Below are positions 11,233 through 23,726 of a DNA stretch of 64,000 nucleotides, piece after piece. Position numbers and translations under genes: made by a program. Origin of the DNA: Dimorphilus gyrociliatus (taxonomy: Eukaryota > Animalia > Annelida). The notes beneath the pieces were generated by a model. That model saw only the letters and a program-made list of their open reading frames with translations. It searched no databases and was not told where the DNA came from. The stretch covers positions 2,921,404 to 2,985,403 of the forward strand of contig CAJFCJ010000007.1 of assembly GCA_904063045.1 (NCBI GenBank), read 5' to 3'. Position 1 is the first letter of the stretch; every line of letters starts with the position of its first letter.

Positions 11233-14200
11233 CTAGCGTCTTGATTCCAATTTATGAGATAATTGAGTTAGGATTCTTGGATTGTCTATTACGCGAAGAT
11301 TGGCAACATATTGGCGGATATCAGCTGAGTGCTTTACAGGAGATGGTGGCTCTATATTCAATGGAGAACTTCGACAATTTCGTACAGTACGTAGAGTTTG
11401 AGCAAGCATATGCTAAAGAGAAAGGAATTCAATTGAGACATTAATTAACAATTACGAGATTAAATAAGCTATTAGTACAAACCATTTTATCAAAATTTAT
11501 TAAACCTTCATAATTAGTTTTATTGCCTTCATGAACAAATGTCATATCTTTCATTAGCAAAGGCATAAATGGTATGATAGGTGCTTTCATTTTCGAAACG
11601 GCTAATCTATATGCACGATGATTTCTTGATGGTTCCATAACTGTTTCCATTTCACTGAAAGTCTTCTTTGCTTTACTTCCGAGTTTCTAAAGAAGAAAAT
11701 GTGAATGAAGAATAGAAATGAATAAGATAACCTACAACTTACCTCCCAGGTTTGTGAAAGTCTCGATACAGCAAAGTTGCTTAATCCCATAATGATGGCA
11801 AAAAAGCTGTTCATGTTTTGATATTCTTTGCATCTATAAGGATGCGAAGAGTAATTGTAAATATAGAAAATGCATTAATTTAATCATATTTTGTACGTAC
11901 ACATTAGCTATCTTTATAAATTTTCTAAGTAATTGTACCCTCTTGCTAACTGTGGGTGTTAAGCACATCTCAGTGACGACCCAATGTTGCACTTCATTGA
12001 AACGCCTTAGGAATACATCTAAATTTGACGTGATCTTTCCAAAGTTTTCTCGCCCGAATACTTTATAGATTAGTTCGTACTGAAAAAGAAATCAATAAGA
12101 AAAAAGCGTCTATATCGTTATATTATTTTTCATCTCTGATTTATTGACTGTTATTTTTCTGTATATATAATTATTTACCTCATGTATGCATGTAAATAAT
12201 TGCCAGTCGTGTTTAGTTAACCAGAAAGCCACTTCCCGAGAACCACTTTGCTCAAATAGGCTACTTGTGCTTACAGTTGGTCCCTCTTGTTCCGGTAGTG
12301 GTGTCTATAATTAGAATTTTTTACGGTTAAACTAATAATGAGATGTTGTTAGAGGTAATTAGTTTTTAATCTTTACCAGGGCGTCGATGTGCTCTTTTGG
12401 GGCGACAAATAACCTTCCATTGATGCTTAATGACGTTAACACGCCAACATCGTTATCATGAAATACCACGCGTTCTGTTTGGATGTGCATAGACTTTACA
12501 TGTTAAGCGAAGCAAGTCTCTAGGGGATTTACTTGTTCCCTTTTTCTTTGTCATGAACACAAGAAACACGAATGAAAGAAATTAAGTAAAACAAACCTCC
12601 CGATGATTTGACCTCGCATAGAACCAAGTCAGTTCCTAAACTCAATTTTTGAGTAGCTATTTTTAAGATTTTTGATACTGGAGCTATCAAAGGTAGTTTT
12701 AGAGTTGTATATGTATGGTCAGCGCAATAAACTTTGAATAATTTTTCGTCTTGACCGTCTATGGGTTCTCTCATTACTTCCTCTTCTTCATTGCGGCCCA
12801 AAGATTTTAGCGAGATATGTGTCTCAGCATCGCTTATCTTCTTTGTCCCTCTGTTCTTCAAATCCCTTTATAGGAAAGAAGCAAGCTAAATGAAAACAGA
12901 ATCGAAGGTGATATTTGCGGATGTACTACATTGTTGCCACACAAATTTTCCTTTCGTTGCTAGGCAACAGAATAAAAGGCCTACTAAGATTAAATAAACC
13001 GTCAATAGTCTTATAATAAAGACTATATGCTTGGTGGTCTCAATTATCCAGTTATACTTACTGCTTTTTATCAGCTAGGCCTATTATTTTCTCCAAGATT
13101 ACCAAGTCCTCTTGTAATTCCTTAAAAGGTCGTAAATCTTTCTTAACCGTTTCCCTTAATTCCTTATCATTAAACAAATAATGATTATATTATCTCTTTG
13201 TTATTTATTAAAGCTTACTCTTAAAAATCCAATTACTGTTCTACTCTGATAAAATGCTCGCCCAACCATATCAGACCAAAATCGGACAAAAGCTAAAACT
13301 CTTTTTTTACTACTTAAAGCCATTTTGGAATCGAGATGATCAGGTGTGTGAGAAGCGTGATAATGCACCATTAAAGAAGGGCAAAGTTGATTACTGGGCA
13401 TGAAAATGATGTGCGTGAGAAGGAAATCTTCGATGAATATCCTGTCGTCTGCTCCCTGAGAAAATTGAGTGTCGAGGAGAAATTCAAGGATTTTGCTAGG
13501 TGTTCCTGCCATCACCGAATACTTGTAATGAGAGGATAAGCTACCATCTTTCGATTTTATGTTCGATGGTATCTTTTCTAGTATTAGAACATCGCTTCCG
13601 TGTTCTTTTAAACGAACAGTATTTGCTTCAACGTCCCTGAGTATTCTATTAAAATTGTGTTTGTCAACGCGAAGGAAATGACAATTATCTTGATCGAGAA
13701 CGATTGTTGCAGCACGTGGAGCATCATTAACTAGTGCTAGCTTGCCAAAATCATCTCCTTCTCCCAGGGTCGATACGATCCCTTTGCCATATATTTTTAC
13801 ATTTACCTTGCCCTTTAAAATAATGTACCACGATTTGCCTTCGTCTCCCTGATTAAATAGTGTCGTCTGTGCGTGAAAATGAGCTTCGAACATGAGAACC
13901 GACGCCAATTCCTTCTTGACCATTGTTGATAAATGAGACAAAGCTTTTATATGCATTAATTCCTCGTAGATTAACTCTAAATCGTCTGCGCTCCTGTCAC
14001 TAGGAGGTTTTCTTAATACCATTCTCAAGTAAGCGTCTGGGCCCATTTGAACTAACATAGCGAGAGTTTCCTGCAGAGATTCCTCCGCGATACGCCTCTC
14101 CTGATTGGACGGAATGGTTCCAGTTCCTTCTTGATCTTGTGTAAAACGATAAAACAATTCAGCATCTTTAAAACAATATTCCTGACAAACATGAACAAGA

Positions 14201-15703
14201 GCACCCTCTTCCAATAAAGATTGCATCATTCCTACAGCTTGAACTCTATTATGCACATAGGACGAAAAAGTCATTAACCAATTAACCAATTCGGATCCAA
14301 CCATACATTTCCTGTACGTTCTTAAGTAGACTTTTCTATCTCTGATCATATGTGGAGCCCGACTAAGCAAGAAGGTTCTTATCACTTCAGCTATTCTAGA
14401 CACTTTTTCTGACGGTTGCTGAGTTTGGCAATAATTTGAAGATGAAAGAGAAAAAGAAAACTTATTAACGATTTCTTTTTAAAAATAAAGAAAATAATTT
14501 ATTACTAACAGCACATATAGGTAAAGCTGGATTAGTTTCCGTTTCTTCAATGTCCTTACTATGTGATTTAATTAATCTATTATCGACTTTTTGTTTGGCA
14601 ATATTCGGTGTAAGAAGGGTTTCCTGCATCATATGCTTACAGTTTTGCCATAAAACCTGAAAATCTTTTTGCTCTATTCGAAGAAGTTGACATTTCTCTG
14701 CAGTTAACACAGTAGCATTACGAGGTGAATCTTCGAGTATACTATCGCCAAATGAGGTACCGCTGCCAAGACTACCGATCGTGACGCCTTCCTGATATTT
14801 TTTTTCATTTACATTTATAAATGGATAACAATGATGAATGGTTATCAACTTGTTTTCAATACTTACTGGGCTCTTATTACCATTGTCCTGGTTTTCTTTT
14901 ACAACTACTGTCCCAGATAGAATAGCATACCAGTTTGTCCCTATATCACCTTGACGAAACAATATAATATTTTCTTCCAATTCTTCAAAATAACCGTAAG
15001 AGCTTATTTGATGTAGAAGTTTCGAAGGAAAATGAGAAAATGCAGTATTTTTACGCAATCTGGAATATATAATGTCGATATCCTTGCCCGATCTATCCGC
15101 TGGTCTATATGAATAATAATTTCAGTTACATATTTAATATATTCGCACTTATATATTTACAATTTACATAATCTTTATACGAAGAGAAACGGATACAAAA
15201 TAGAACGTTAACTTTACCATCAACAAGAGGCAAAGAATCATTATATGATTGTATATTTCATGAAATTACTTATTTATACAAACGATGCGACAGCTATTTC
15301 CACAGTGGTTACAATATAAAAAAAAAAAATAAACTAATAGTAACATTGTTAAATTACAAGTAATATATAAATACCATACATAGTTTTCGTATACAAATAT
15401 AATTTGTACACTGTTTTCGTATAGATAAATGCAATGTATTTTAATAGTTGTCTATATATAGTTTTAATATATGTATATAAAATGTATATATGGGTCCATC
15501 GCCCAGAGCAATAAAAATTTTAAATACTTCTATATATAGGCCGGTTGAGAAAAAAAGCCCCGTAGAGTTGACGTAATTGTATAACGCTGCCGGAAATGTC
15601 GCGATAGGCGTTAAAAATGGAAAACTATAGTATTTAAATGATTGCATACGCCTACATAAGTAAATGTAAGCGTTACTGCATGGTCACATTGTAAACATCC
15701 TTG

Positions 15704-15734
<31 letters not shown>

Positions 15735-16001
15735 GACCTGCATGTAACTATATATGAACTGTATAGGCTTAAAAAATGTACACTTTGCGTATTTTTAGGT
15801 AAACGTTAGCAGGAAATATGAGAATGAATATTACACATACAAATATACAAATTAACCGCGGGTGTTATTGTTTTCTAACATAAAATCCCTTTAGAAAAAA
15901 AGGCATACACAAATAACAGATGTCATCTTAGGTAAAGGAAATGATTATAAAGAAATAATGATCGACCTTTTATCAATGCTGCGAATCCAGGCGGACACCA
16001 T
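11233..16001 (-). CDS. RAPGEF4: Rap guanine nucleotide exchange factor 4 / Epac2-type cAMP sensor (CNB-A, DEP, CNB-B, REM, RA, RasGEF)
   Basis: First coding exon 16001-15967 [12 protein letters not shown], then [16 protein letters not shown]; [15 protein letters not shown]; [11 protein letters not shown]; [14 protein letters not shown]; [12 protein letters not shown]; [20 protein letters not shown]; last exon [21 protein letters not shown], stop at 11233-11235. Two cNMP-binding domains indicate the Epac2 architecture. Confidence 0.96.
15708..15734. repeat. (AT)13 microsatellite in RAPGEF4 intron 1
   Basis: Direct reading of an uninterrupted AT dinucleotide run. Confidence 0.9.
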
Positions 16002-17047
16002 GTCCGAATTCGAGTCTTGTGATCGCCCAGCCACTTTTCTGGTCGATTATCTGAAATTGAAAAAAGTATATAGCTTTGTATATATTCTTATTATTATGTA
16101 GTCGTCTTCTCTATTTCTCTTATTCTGTTCTTTTTTTATTAAAAAAAAGTCGAACAAAAAGAAAAAAAATCGCAACTAATGCACCTAATCACAGTGCGTC
16201 TAACGAAACGCCTGAAAAAAAAACCGCTCATCAGCAACGTTTCTAGTTTTTCACAAATTGATAGTATATTAATTAGATAGCTAACACGTAAGTTTAAATA
16301 AAAGGTAAAATTTCGAAAAAAAAAGATACTATGCGGTAGACACGTAGCTGTGATGTGAAAATGACAACGAGCGTTTTTCTCTAATCGATATTCTCATCTG
16401 TCGAGTAGGAAGATTAAAAAACGCCGCATGAGCGATGTGGACGTACCGGAAGTTTGTTTACAGTCTCTTTTTCTAAAGCTCTATATGGTTAGCTGTTTAT
16501 CCGTTAATCTTCAGCCAGTTTCCATTGAAAGTATAAGACCGTCGGAAAAGGAAGCTTATACTATACAGTAGTCACGAAAAACGTGAGCGCGCGAATTTGC
16601 TGAAGCGCCGCGCTTGGCGAAGTGACAAACTTGGCTTTTCTTCCTTTTCCACTTGACTATCCAATGAGAAACAAGCGCTCTTCAATATTTACATTCATAA
16701 CTCAATGGAAGCTCGTCGATGATTGGTTGGCCTTGAAACTTAGTACACTTGATGTCTGATATAAGGATATATTTACTAAATTCAGAATTGTCGTCCATTT
16801 ATTGAACATCATTTCGACAGTTTTATCGACATATCATTTAATAGAGGTGACTGAGTAATGTATCAAGATTTGTTATTGTCGTTCGATCAGTGTAAGTTTA
16901 CCAAATTGCCTAATTCGCACGGTTCCTATATTCGTCGTAAAAATATAGTGACGCCCACTTGCGAAATAATCAAATATAGAATTTATATCAATTTAATAGA
17001 CGATATAATTAATAGGAAATTGTTTCAAAACAGAGTGAAATCCCCGT
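16002..17047. promoter_or_regulatory. Bidirectional promoter and 5' UTRs of RAPGEF4 and SNX13
   Basis: Divergent ATGs 1,046 nt apart. Perfect ETS/GABP site ACCGGAAGT at 16445-16453; CpG-rich patch at 16585-16620 (GCGCGCGAA, GCCGCGC); CCAAT at 16661 and ATTGG at 16722. Both genes show plausible 5' UTR introns (acceptor at 16051 on minus; 16892-17033 on plus). Confidence 0.6.
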
Positions 17048-20000
17048 ATGAATTACGGTACAATATTTTGGTTGGCTCTATTTGCCATTCTATTTTCACA
17101 TACGTTTGGAGCATCGCAAACATTAGGACTATTAGCATGCATTTTCGCCAACATAGGAGGGTAAATTGTTACGTACTTTGAAGAAAAAAATCAATACTTT
17201 AAATCAATTTATATTTTAGATTCATTGGATTGCTATTTTATTTCGGTGGTATACGATTGAGAAATTTTCAAGTTGATTGCTTTTGGTCGGAAGAAAGCCA
17301 TGAATCCGGTTTAGCTTATAAAAATTCTACAGTAAGTTGATTAATTAAGATTTCTTGTATAAAGAGCTAAAACTTTTTTAATTTTTTTCTCCATTTCTTT
17401 GAATAGAAATTCGTGAATGATTGTCTAACAAATGATCATCGGATGACCGGTTCCACAACGATTGATGAGGCTCTCCGAGAGGTAATCAAACCCTATTTCG
17501 AGTTACTTTATTGACTATTTGTCCTTTGTTAAATACTTTCAAAAAAAAAAACCGTATATTAGCCCATTAAGAATTAATAGAATGGTTCTTTCATTTTAAC
17601 AAAGAAGAAATTAGAGAAATCCGTTTTCTTTCGATAAAATAATTTTAGTTGCCTGTTTGTTAATCTTTCTGTACAAGTGCAATATATATTATACAGTATA
17701 TACTATTTTATTAGTATTTTACCTTATTTAATGATAGTATAACGATTGCACTAAGACTTTAAATAATATTACTTAATGTAATTTTTTTTTCAACATTTAT
17801 TCTATACGTAATAAAATTTAGATAGCTTTGACATTTTTTTAATGCCTTATGGGAGTCTCTTTTATGAAACCTTAAACTAAATATTGATCCTTTTTATTAT
17901 ATTTGCTTTTCCATCCTAACAGGTTTTAGATTATACGGTTAGAGATTATATTAAAACTTGGTATAGGAAAATTACGGACGACAAACAATTTAGTCAAACG
18001 ATAAGAGCTACTTTACAACAAGTTATTATAAGATTTGCTGGAAGGTAACAATTATACAGTAATATATAAATTAATAACCGAGAAGGGCAATAGCTAAGAG
18101 AAAGAGTAGGATATTTAAAAGGAAATTTTATTCTTTAAAAACAATAGGGTGAAGGATGTTGACCTTGTTCCATTTATTACGACGACTCTTGTGGATGATT
18201 TCGCCTCTCATATACGACTGTATAGGCGATCGATAGACAAAGTCAACGAACATAAGAGAGATGGTTAATACTTTTTATTTCTTAGATTAATTACGTATGC
18301 AGATCAGTCGAATTGCAAATTTATTTAGTCATAATCGTAAAGCGATCGTTAATGCACTTTCAGATACGAAACCACCTGCGGATTTGGAAAGTATCTTTTT
18401 TGATCTTGAATTAGAGATGGAGGTGAAAATGTGCCGTGATCTTGTCTGTTTGAATGAGGCTGATGAAAGACGTAAATAAGCCTAGTTTACTAAAAATAAC
18501 ATGAGATACTAACTAATTTTTCTTTCTTCTCTACAATATTTGCTCTGTTATCCTTTCCACACCTACAACCTTTGACAAACAACAGAATATTTAACAGAAT
18601 TATCAGAACTTTTATTATATATTTTATTACCTGCTGAGGACTTTAACAATAAACCATTTCGCTTCATGTCAAGAGTTTGTACAATTAATAGAATTCTAAA
18701 AACGTATAGGCTAAAAACTCTTTTCATTTTCTCTTTCTAGGAAATAATGGTTGAAGGGATATTGTTACCTATGATCAATTTAGTGACAGACCCAGACTAC
18801 GTTAATCAAATGATTGTTTGGTTGTGTAAAGATACACCAATGTCAAGTGAGGTATTTTTAACGAGTTTAAGACAAACTGATTCAATCGATGAAGTACAAG
18901 CTTGTAAAGAGATGGTTGACGTTGATATTGCAAGACAAAGATCTAAAGATACTGGAGGAGAAGATGGTAAAGTTCTATTTATATTTTCTCTTTTAAACTA
19001 ACTGATAGATCCCCTCATTTTTAAATGGTTTGCTACTAAACGCTTATCTTACCCTTTTTAAATAGATACAGTAATAAAACAAAAGCTTTCCTCCTTATTA
19101 TTCGTTAAAACGATTTGTGAGCAAAAGATCGCCAAGTTGCAAGCTGGAATCGATAGTCCCAACTCAACTAATGTTCGTTCTATTGTCCTCTTTCTACTAT
19201 TTAACATGCAATTATTAATATTCAACTTTATTTTCAAGGTATTTGATATGAAAAAATTTGCTGGTCAAAGAATCTATAAGCTTGATTTTGAAACTGTGCT
19301 CAATAATAATACAGCTCTACAATATTTCAGAGGTAAATAAATCTAAAAATAAATGAAAAAAAAAGGAATGAGAAGGAGGGGAGGGGGGAGGAGAAAAAGG
19401 AAATGGGAATTGGGATTTTTATTACATTTCAACCAAAGCAATTAACAGATAACCGTGTTTGTAGAGTTTCTTGCAAGCCATTCTGCCGAGAACTACCTTA
19501 ATTTCTACCATACAATTGAGGTTTTTTCCTTATATATTTACATTATAGTTCTTTTACTTTACGCTTTCTTTTTATTAAAAATACTGTAGTGTTATAAAAT
19601 ATCTGCTGAACAACAAATATCGGCTGCTTTATTGGCTGATAATTGTGAAGAAAAACCAGATTTGGATATGGTCAGAGAGGCTGCTTCAAATATTTTTTCA
19701 CAATATCTCTCCGATAAGGTACTATTTTTGTATGTTAAATAGTTAAAGAAAGATAGAGAGAGGGAGAGAGATCTTCCCTTTTTTATATATATAGTATATA
19801 CAGTATATCTATAAATATAAAGTTTAAATTAAACTTTACCTTATTTCTTATTCTCTTTAAAGTCTGCTAAGCGTTTAATACTCGACGATCACTTGATAAA
19901 GCAAGTGTTTAGTCGTATTCAATACGAAGAACCATCAGAACACGTATTCGATGAAGTACAATGCAGAGTGTGGAATATTTTACAAGTAAGTTTTTTTCAA

Positions 20001-23000
20001 ACTCATTAATTGGCTTGTTTAAAATCGATACCAGGATCTTAAACAAAGGCTTCCTTGATTATATTAGTATAAAAATTATTTCATTCTATTATTTCTTTAA
20101 TTTATTTTTATAGATTAGCTTAATTATGTAACATTTCATATTTACATTGTATATTATCATCTTTTAATATTACAATATGTATCTATATCTATCTATCTAT
20201 ATCTATATAAAGTATTTAGATTCATCAGACACATATCTATTTATAGATATAATTTGTTTTCTTTCCAGGAAGAGAAATATTTTCCGACTTTTAGAAAGTC
20301 TCAAATGTATTTTAAACTGCTTCGAGAATTAAATTTGCTGACTGAAAATAAGATGGAGGATCAAACTGAAAGTGATACCACGAATGATTGCTCGAGTTCA
20401 CCCCAATTAATTACAGTTCGTCTTATTAAAAATTTAGTTCGCGTGCATTATTTTTCTCCTTATTTCCCTTCTTTTTCTTTTTTTATTTAAATATATAGAA
20501 ATCAGTTAACGATAACAAATCTACGGACGAAGTTAATGGGAAGAAAAATTCAAATTATTGTCTTTATGCCGAAATTACTAGTACTGGTGTTTGTCGGGAT
20601 CATGGAAAAGTTTATACAGTTTATATGATAAATGTTACTAAAACTGATATCGATGGGACCGTTTTGGAGACGAGAGACGTTTATAGAAGATATAGTGATT
20701 TTGATCGTCTTCATTCTACAATTACCGTAAAGGTAAGTTGGTTTAAGAAAGTGTACATTAAGTAAATTTACTCTAAATGCCTACTGTTTATCAACCTACT
20801 TTTTCTCAATACACACGTATTTGTGTCTTCTTTTTTCTTTACATCTAGTACAACTCCTTGAAGGGTTTAGCTTTACCTAAAAAGTCGTTAACAAATAATA
20901 CAAGCAAAGAATTCATAGAAAAACGGAAGCTGGGATTAAACGCCTATTTACAGGTATTTCAGCCTCATTTGTTAATCTTATATATCAGCTTATTGGTCTT
21001 TTATTTTTTACCACATCGATTTTAGACTCTTCTCCGCCCAGCCGTAATTAATGCTCACAAAGGGATAATCGAACTACTCGACGAATTTCTAAGAGATCTA
21101 GTTCTTGAGCAGAACAGAAAGGAAACGCCTCGCAGTGTAAGTTTTTTGATAAGAACTGGCTCTCAAAGTTAAAAATTTTGTTCATTCTTATATCTTTGAC
21201 ATAGATTGAAAATTTTGTAAATCCCTTGAAGAGTGTTGGCGCTTTAGTAAGATCTGTTCCGGATAATGTTGTGGATGGAGTATTAAAAGTAAACGGCTTC
21301 AACCTATTTACCTTACTTATTGCTTAGATGATAAATTTGAAGTATGATTTATTATTAAAAAGGTTTCGGGTGGAATACGAAATATACCAAATACTATGAT
21401 TGATGGTGTCGGGAAAATGATCAATGTAAAGCCGGTAAGGTTTTCTTTCTTTACTTTATTAAAAGAGGAATTATTATAATTGTAATGAATTAACAAACGC
21501 TAGATGTCGCTTTTTAGCTTATGATTTTCGTTTCTGTTTGTGAATTCTAACTAACTGTATGACTAATTAACTAAAAAAAGTGTGAAAATATATAACAATG
21601 AAGCTAACCTTTTAATTTATGAATTATTAGCCAAATCAACGAATAGAGTTAGATGCTTATTACGACATGATTCAGGTAGAATTTCGGAGATGTTTGATTC
21701 AATGTATTAGACGAATAATTTACAAAGAGAAATACATAATATCAATATGCGAACACTGTATTTTGCAGTATATTGTTATGATATACAATAAAAAATAAGA
21801 GTTTTTTATGTTTAATTATTTATACCTTTGATAAGTTCAATAAATGCAGTGTCTGCGCTTTTGATAAATGAAAAACATTGAATATTCATTTAAAGACGAA
21901 AAGAATAAGATAAAAAATGCAATATGTTGTTTCATTTCCACTCTGAAAGAAGAAAAATTTTTCTTTTATTCCTACTTTTTTTTTACTATTATTACGTAAT
22001 TTTCATTGCAGTAGGAAAAAGAGCAACACAGTGCATTTTCGATATTCTTTTTCAATTCTGTTTGTTTCTTTAAAAAAAAAGGAAGAGGCCAGTTTCTATT
22101 TATTATTCATAATCACCTAAGCTTTGAATTACCTTCTTTTATCTTATTAATACTTTCACTACTATTTGTTATAATGAATAATAATTCTTTTATACAGTAT
22201 ATACAGTATATTTAAATACTAATAATATTCGATGCTGTAATACAGTATATAAAAGTTCTTATCTTTTTGCTATTCTTTTTGATCTTTTTCAGCTATTCTT
22301 TGATATATTCTTCATTAGTTTTTATTTTTAACCTAGAGAAGAAGGGATTTCTTTGCTCATCCTCTTTTTTCACACTTAAATCAATTTGAAAATATTAAGG
22401 AATTTTACTTGATTTTCTTATTTTTACTTTTATAATCTCTTGAAAAGAATTATTAATTAATATCTTCAATATCAGCATTCAACTAGTCCGAAAATGGAAA
22501 AGGACAAGGGTAAAGTAGGAGCAAGCCTATTGCATTTAGAGGTTTGATATCTAATACATATATGTACTTAAGAAAAATAATTAACTTATGGACTGAGAGA
22601 GTTTTTAATTAATTAAGTTATTGTTGATATTATATAGGACGAACAGGATAATATACCTTTGAGAATCCTGCTATTATTACTCGACGAAGTGTTTGATTTG
22701 AAGAATAAAAATGTTTGGCTTAGGAGGAGAATTGACGCCATTCTACGGCAAATTATTCAAACTATGATGGGAGATTCAATTAATAGAAAGATTATTGATC
22801 ATGTTGAATTTTATACGTCGTCGGAGCAAGTTGCCGAATATATTAAGGCTATGAGAGACGCAAAATGGCCAAATGGATATTTGGCCGAAAATCGCTTGCC
22901 GAGAGATAAACAGACAAAAGAAAGAACAAAGGTTGTTTGTAGAGCTAAAATGCTAGCAATAGTTTCAGGTGAATAAAAAAAATATTTAGTGCCAATTTAA

Positions 23001-23281
23001 TTCCATCAATTAAAGGTTAAAAGTTCTAATGATTTTTTCCCATTTATGCAGAGGAATTACGACATTTGATTGGCACTGAGGCCATTCATCATGGAGTTAA
23101 TCTGGTTTTCAGTATGTTCCAGCATCAAACCCTCAACAAAAGACTATTTTACGTTAGCTTAGAAGCTGCTCTCGTTACACTGTTCCCCCATCATAAATTT
23201 CAGGAGGTCTTCCAAAAGTTACATTCCATATCTCCCCGTATGTGTTCAAGCAAGAACAGAAAAAATTCCAAATCTAGGTGA
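17048..23281 (+). CDS. SNX13: Sorting nexin-13 (TM-PXA-RGS-PX-Nexin_C), multi-exon
   Basis: MNYGTIFWLALF...; DHRMTGSTTIDEAL; VLDYTVRDYIKTWY; ELSELLLYILLPAEDFNNKPFRF; DPDYVNQMIVWL; RGS LDFETVLNNNTALQYF; PX VYRRYSDFDRLH; NIPLRILLLLLDEVFDLKNKNVWLRR; QHQTLNKRLFYV. All junctions GT-AG and frame-consistent. Confidence 0.95.
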
Positions 23282-23726
23282 TAGCATCAATTTCATTCCA
23301 TTTGTCTATAAAACTTAAAAGATGTAAAAATTGAAAAAGATACTGCAAATGTGACATAAAATCCTAAAGAAATTTTAGGTTATTTTATTTAAATTATTGT
23401 TTTTTTGTGTTCATTAATCATATAGCATGAAAATAAAATAGATTATTATAATCAAATAAACAATTTTTGAAAGTTGACTATTTTTTAATTTATCAAATCA
23501 ATATGTCTTTTTAACGGAATCAGGAAGAAACACATAATGTTCAATAAATTTTAGTTATTTATTGATAATCAACTCTTTAAGAATTCATTATAATATTTCA
23601 TTCGGATCGGAAAATAACAAGCTTTTGTCCCCATTACATTCATGACTTTATGAAATATTAAGTGGTCATAAAAAAGCAAAAATAGCTTAAAGGACTTATA
23701 ATATAATTTCTACAACACTTTGACAA

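Noticed and set aside
11241-11444. 67-aa plus-strand ORF
   Set aside because: Antisense shadow of the last RAPGEF4 exon.
14792-14866. Apparent 25-aa insertion in Epac CNB-A within the tracked ORF
   Set aside because: It is a 75-nt stop-free intron (gtaagt...atcag); removing it restores the alignment to RAPGEF4.
16858-17181. 107-aa ORF ahead of SNX13
   Set aside because: It spans a probable 5' UTR intron and is out of frame with SNX13 exon 1 (ATG 17048).
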